A stretch of 64,000 nucleotides of DNA from Eledone cirrhosa (taxonomy: Eukaryota): positions 35,658 to 99,657 of the forward strand of contig CAXHJY010001228.1 of NCBI GenBank assembly GCA_964016885.1. The letters are read 5' to 3'. Below are positions 62,276-64,000 of the stretch, in pieces (positions within the stretch are counted from its first letter, which is position 1; each line of letters starts with the position of its first letter). Under the pieces are notes generated by a model. The model made no database searches, had not been told where the DNA came from, and saw nothing but the letters and a program-made list of their open reading frames with translations. The translations under genes and the position numbers were made by a program.

Positions 62276-64000
62276 CTTTGAATAACTTTGAAATGTTTTG
62301 GCCAGTATTGGCCCAGGCCATGTCTAACTTAATAGCACCACCTGGCGAAGTCTTTCAATTCAGGATTTGGGCACCATGGCCCATTCGAGAAGAGAATTAC
62401 TGTTTGCGGAGACATATCCGGGTGTGGGTGGTTTGTCCGGGATTACTTGGAGGAATTTGTCCAAAGACTTCTTGAATTTTGTGTGGTCAGTTTCTGTTTT
62501 GACGTGTCCTGGTGTGATGTTGAAGAGAGCAGGGCCGATTGAGGTGAAATAATTGTGCCGTATTGTTGTTATGAGTTGCGATTTAGATTTTTGAATGGGA
62601 CGGATAGCACGGGGCCCAAGCCTTGGGTGTATCTTGAAGGCGATGCCAACATCATTTGGGCAGTGATGATGGAACATTTTCCACATCATGCAGATAATAT
62701 AACGCTCACGGCGACGTTGGAGTGAGTAAAGTTTCAGGTTTTCTAATCGACCCCAGTAGTCAAGGTCTGACATGCCATCTATCTTTTTCGTGATTGCCCT
62801 TTGAGGAGCTTCAAGTTTCATGATACTTTGTTTCGTGTGGGGAGACCACAGTGGACAACAGTATTCAAGGTGTGGTCGGGCGAAAGTAGAGAAGAGAAGG
62901 ATAATGGTGCGGGAATCTCTCGACTGGAAGGTTCTGAGGATCCAGGAACACATTCTGCGGGCCATGTCAACTTTGCTGCTTATATGCGTGGTCCAGCTTA
63001 TGTTGCTGTCCACGGTTACTCCCAAGTCTCTGATGTTGTTAGATGCCACGAGAGTTTCCCCGGAGGGAAGGGAGTACGGGAGTTTCAGAGCATCCTCTTT
63101 TCCAAAGTGGATCAGTTCGAATTTGTCTTCGTTCAGTAACATGTTGTTCTTTTCTGCCCATTGGGTAACAGCCAGTAGGTCTGACTGAAGGCTTATCCGG
63201 TCATCCACGCCATTGATGACCTTTTGGAGCTTGGAATCATCAGCGAAAATTTTAATGTTGCTGTGTTTGATGATGTCAGTGATGTCATTAATATAGATGA
63301 TGAAGAGAAGTGGGCCCAACACAGTGCCTTGTGGGACTCCACTACTGACTTTGGCTGGGCTTGATTTGACTCCCTCAACTACAACATGTTGGGTTCTGTT
63401 TGACAGGAAGCTCTTGATCCACTGCAGCAGCTTTCCAGTGACACCAATATTGGACAGCTTTCTCAGTAGAATGTTATGATCAACCCTGTCAAAGGCCTTG
63501 CTGAAATCAAGGTAGATAACATCAGTGTTGGAACCCTCTCCCAAGGCTCTCAAAATGTCATCAAAGTGATGCAGTAGTTGCGTCAGGCAATCCCTTCCAT
63601 TACGGAATCCATGCTGGTTGGAGTTCAGCATATTGTTACTCTCAAGGAAGTGGGTCATTCGCGATCTCACCACTCGCTCAAATACCTTAATGATATGAGA
63701 GGTGAGTGAGATTGGACGGTAATTCACGGCAAGGGATTTGTTTCCCTTTTTGAAAACTGGGACAACAGACTGGGATAGAAGGTTTTCTGGCACATATCCA
63801 GCATCCAGTGAGTTCCGCCACAGATTGGCAAGAGGAGAAGCAAGTTGGTGTTGACACGCCTTCAAGACACAAGCAGGGAACCTATCGGGACCTACTGCTG
63901 AATTATGCTTGATTTCCTTTATTGCCGCCAAGACATCAGGGGCGCCAAACGTTATGTCCGATAAGGTGTAATGGGGAGTAACATCGCCGATACAGCCCAG
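62274..64000 (-). mobile_element. CR1-group LINE copy 2; uninterrupted RT ORF runs off the window edge
   Basis: ORF 62360-63931 (523 aa) has all RT motifs and no stop. It is near-identical to copy 1, and its 3' end shows an AACTTTGAA repeat next to (TA)n. Confidence 0.95.

Overview
This is AT-rich, microsatellite-saturated eukaryotic (animal) DNA with no recognisable host-gene exon. The repeat content looks most like a cephalopod (Octopus-type) genome, which is an inference. The window is a nest of retroelements: three long copies plus one duplicated fragment of an RTE-clade LINE ending in three C2H2 zinc fingers, a near full-length R4/Dong-like RLE retrotransposon sitting in (TATG)n, two nearly identical CR1-group LINEs flanking a ~10.5 kb (TA)n-derived array, two decayed Penelope-like elements (PLEs), an Ingi/Vingi-like fragment and a 5'-inverted RTE fragment. 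It also holds many tRNA-derived SINEs (three with clear target-site duplications), Helitron-like and mariner-derived non-autonomous elements, and two minisatellites. Most long ORFs in the track ([12 protein letters not shown]) are microsatellite artefacts. The main feature the ORF track misses is about a dozen type I hammerhead-ribozyme (HHR) motifs folded by hand. They include canonical cores, U4C variants and a family with a compensatory U3:A8 swap, and several are arranged head-to-head in small palindromic cassettes. All folds were done by eye and no database search was run.
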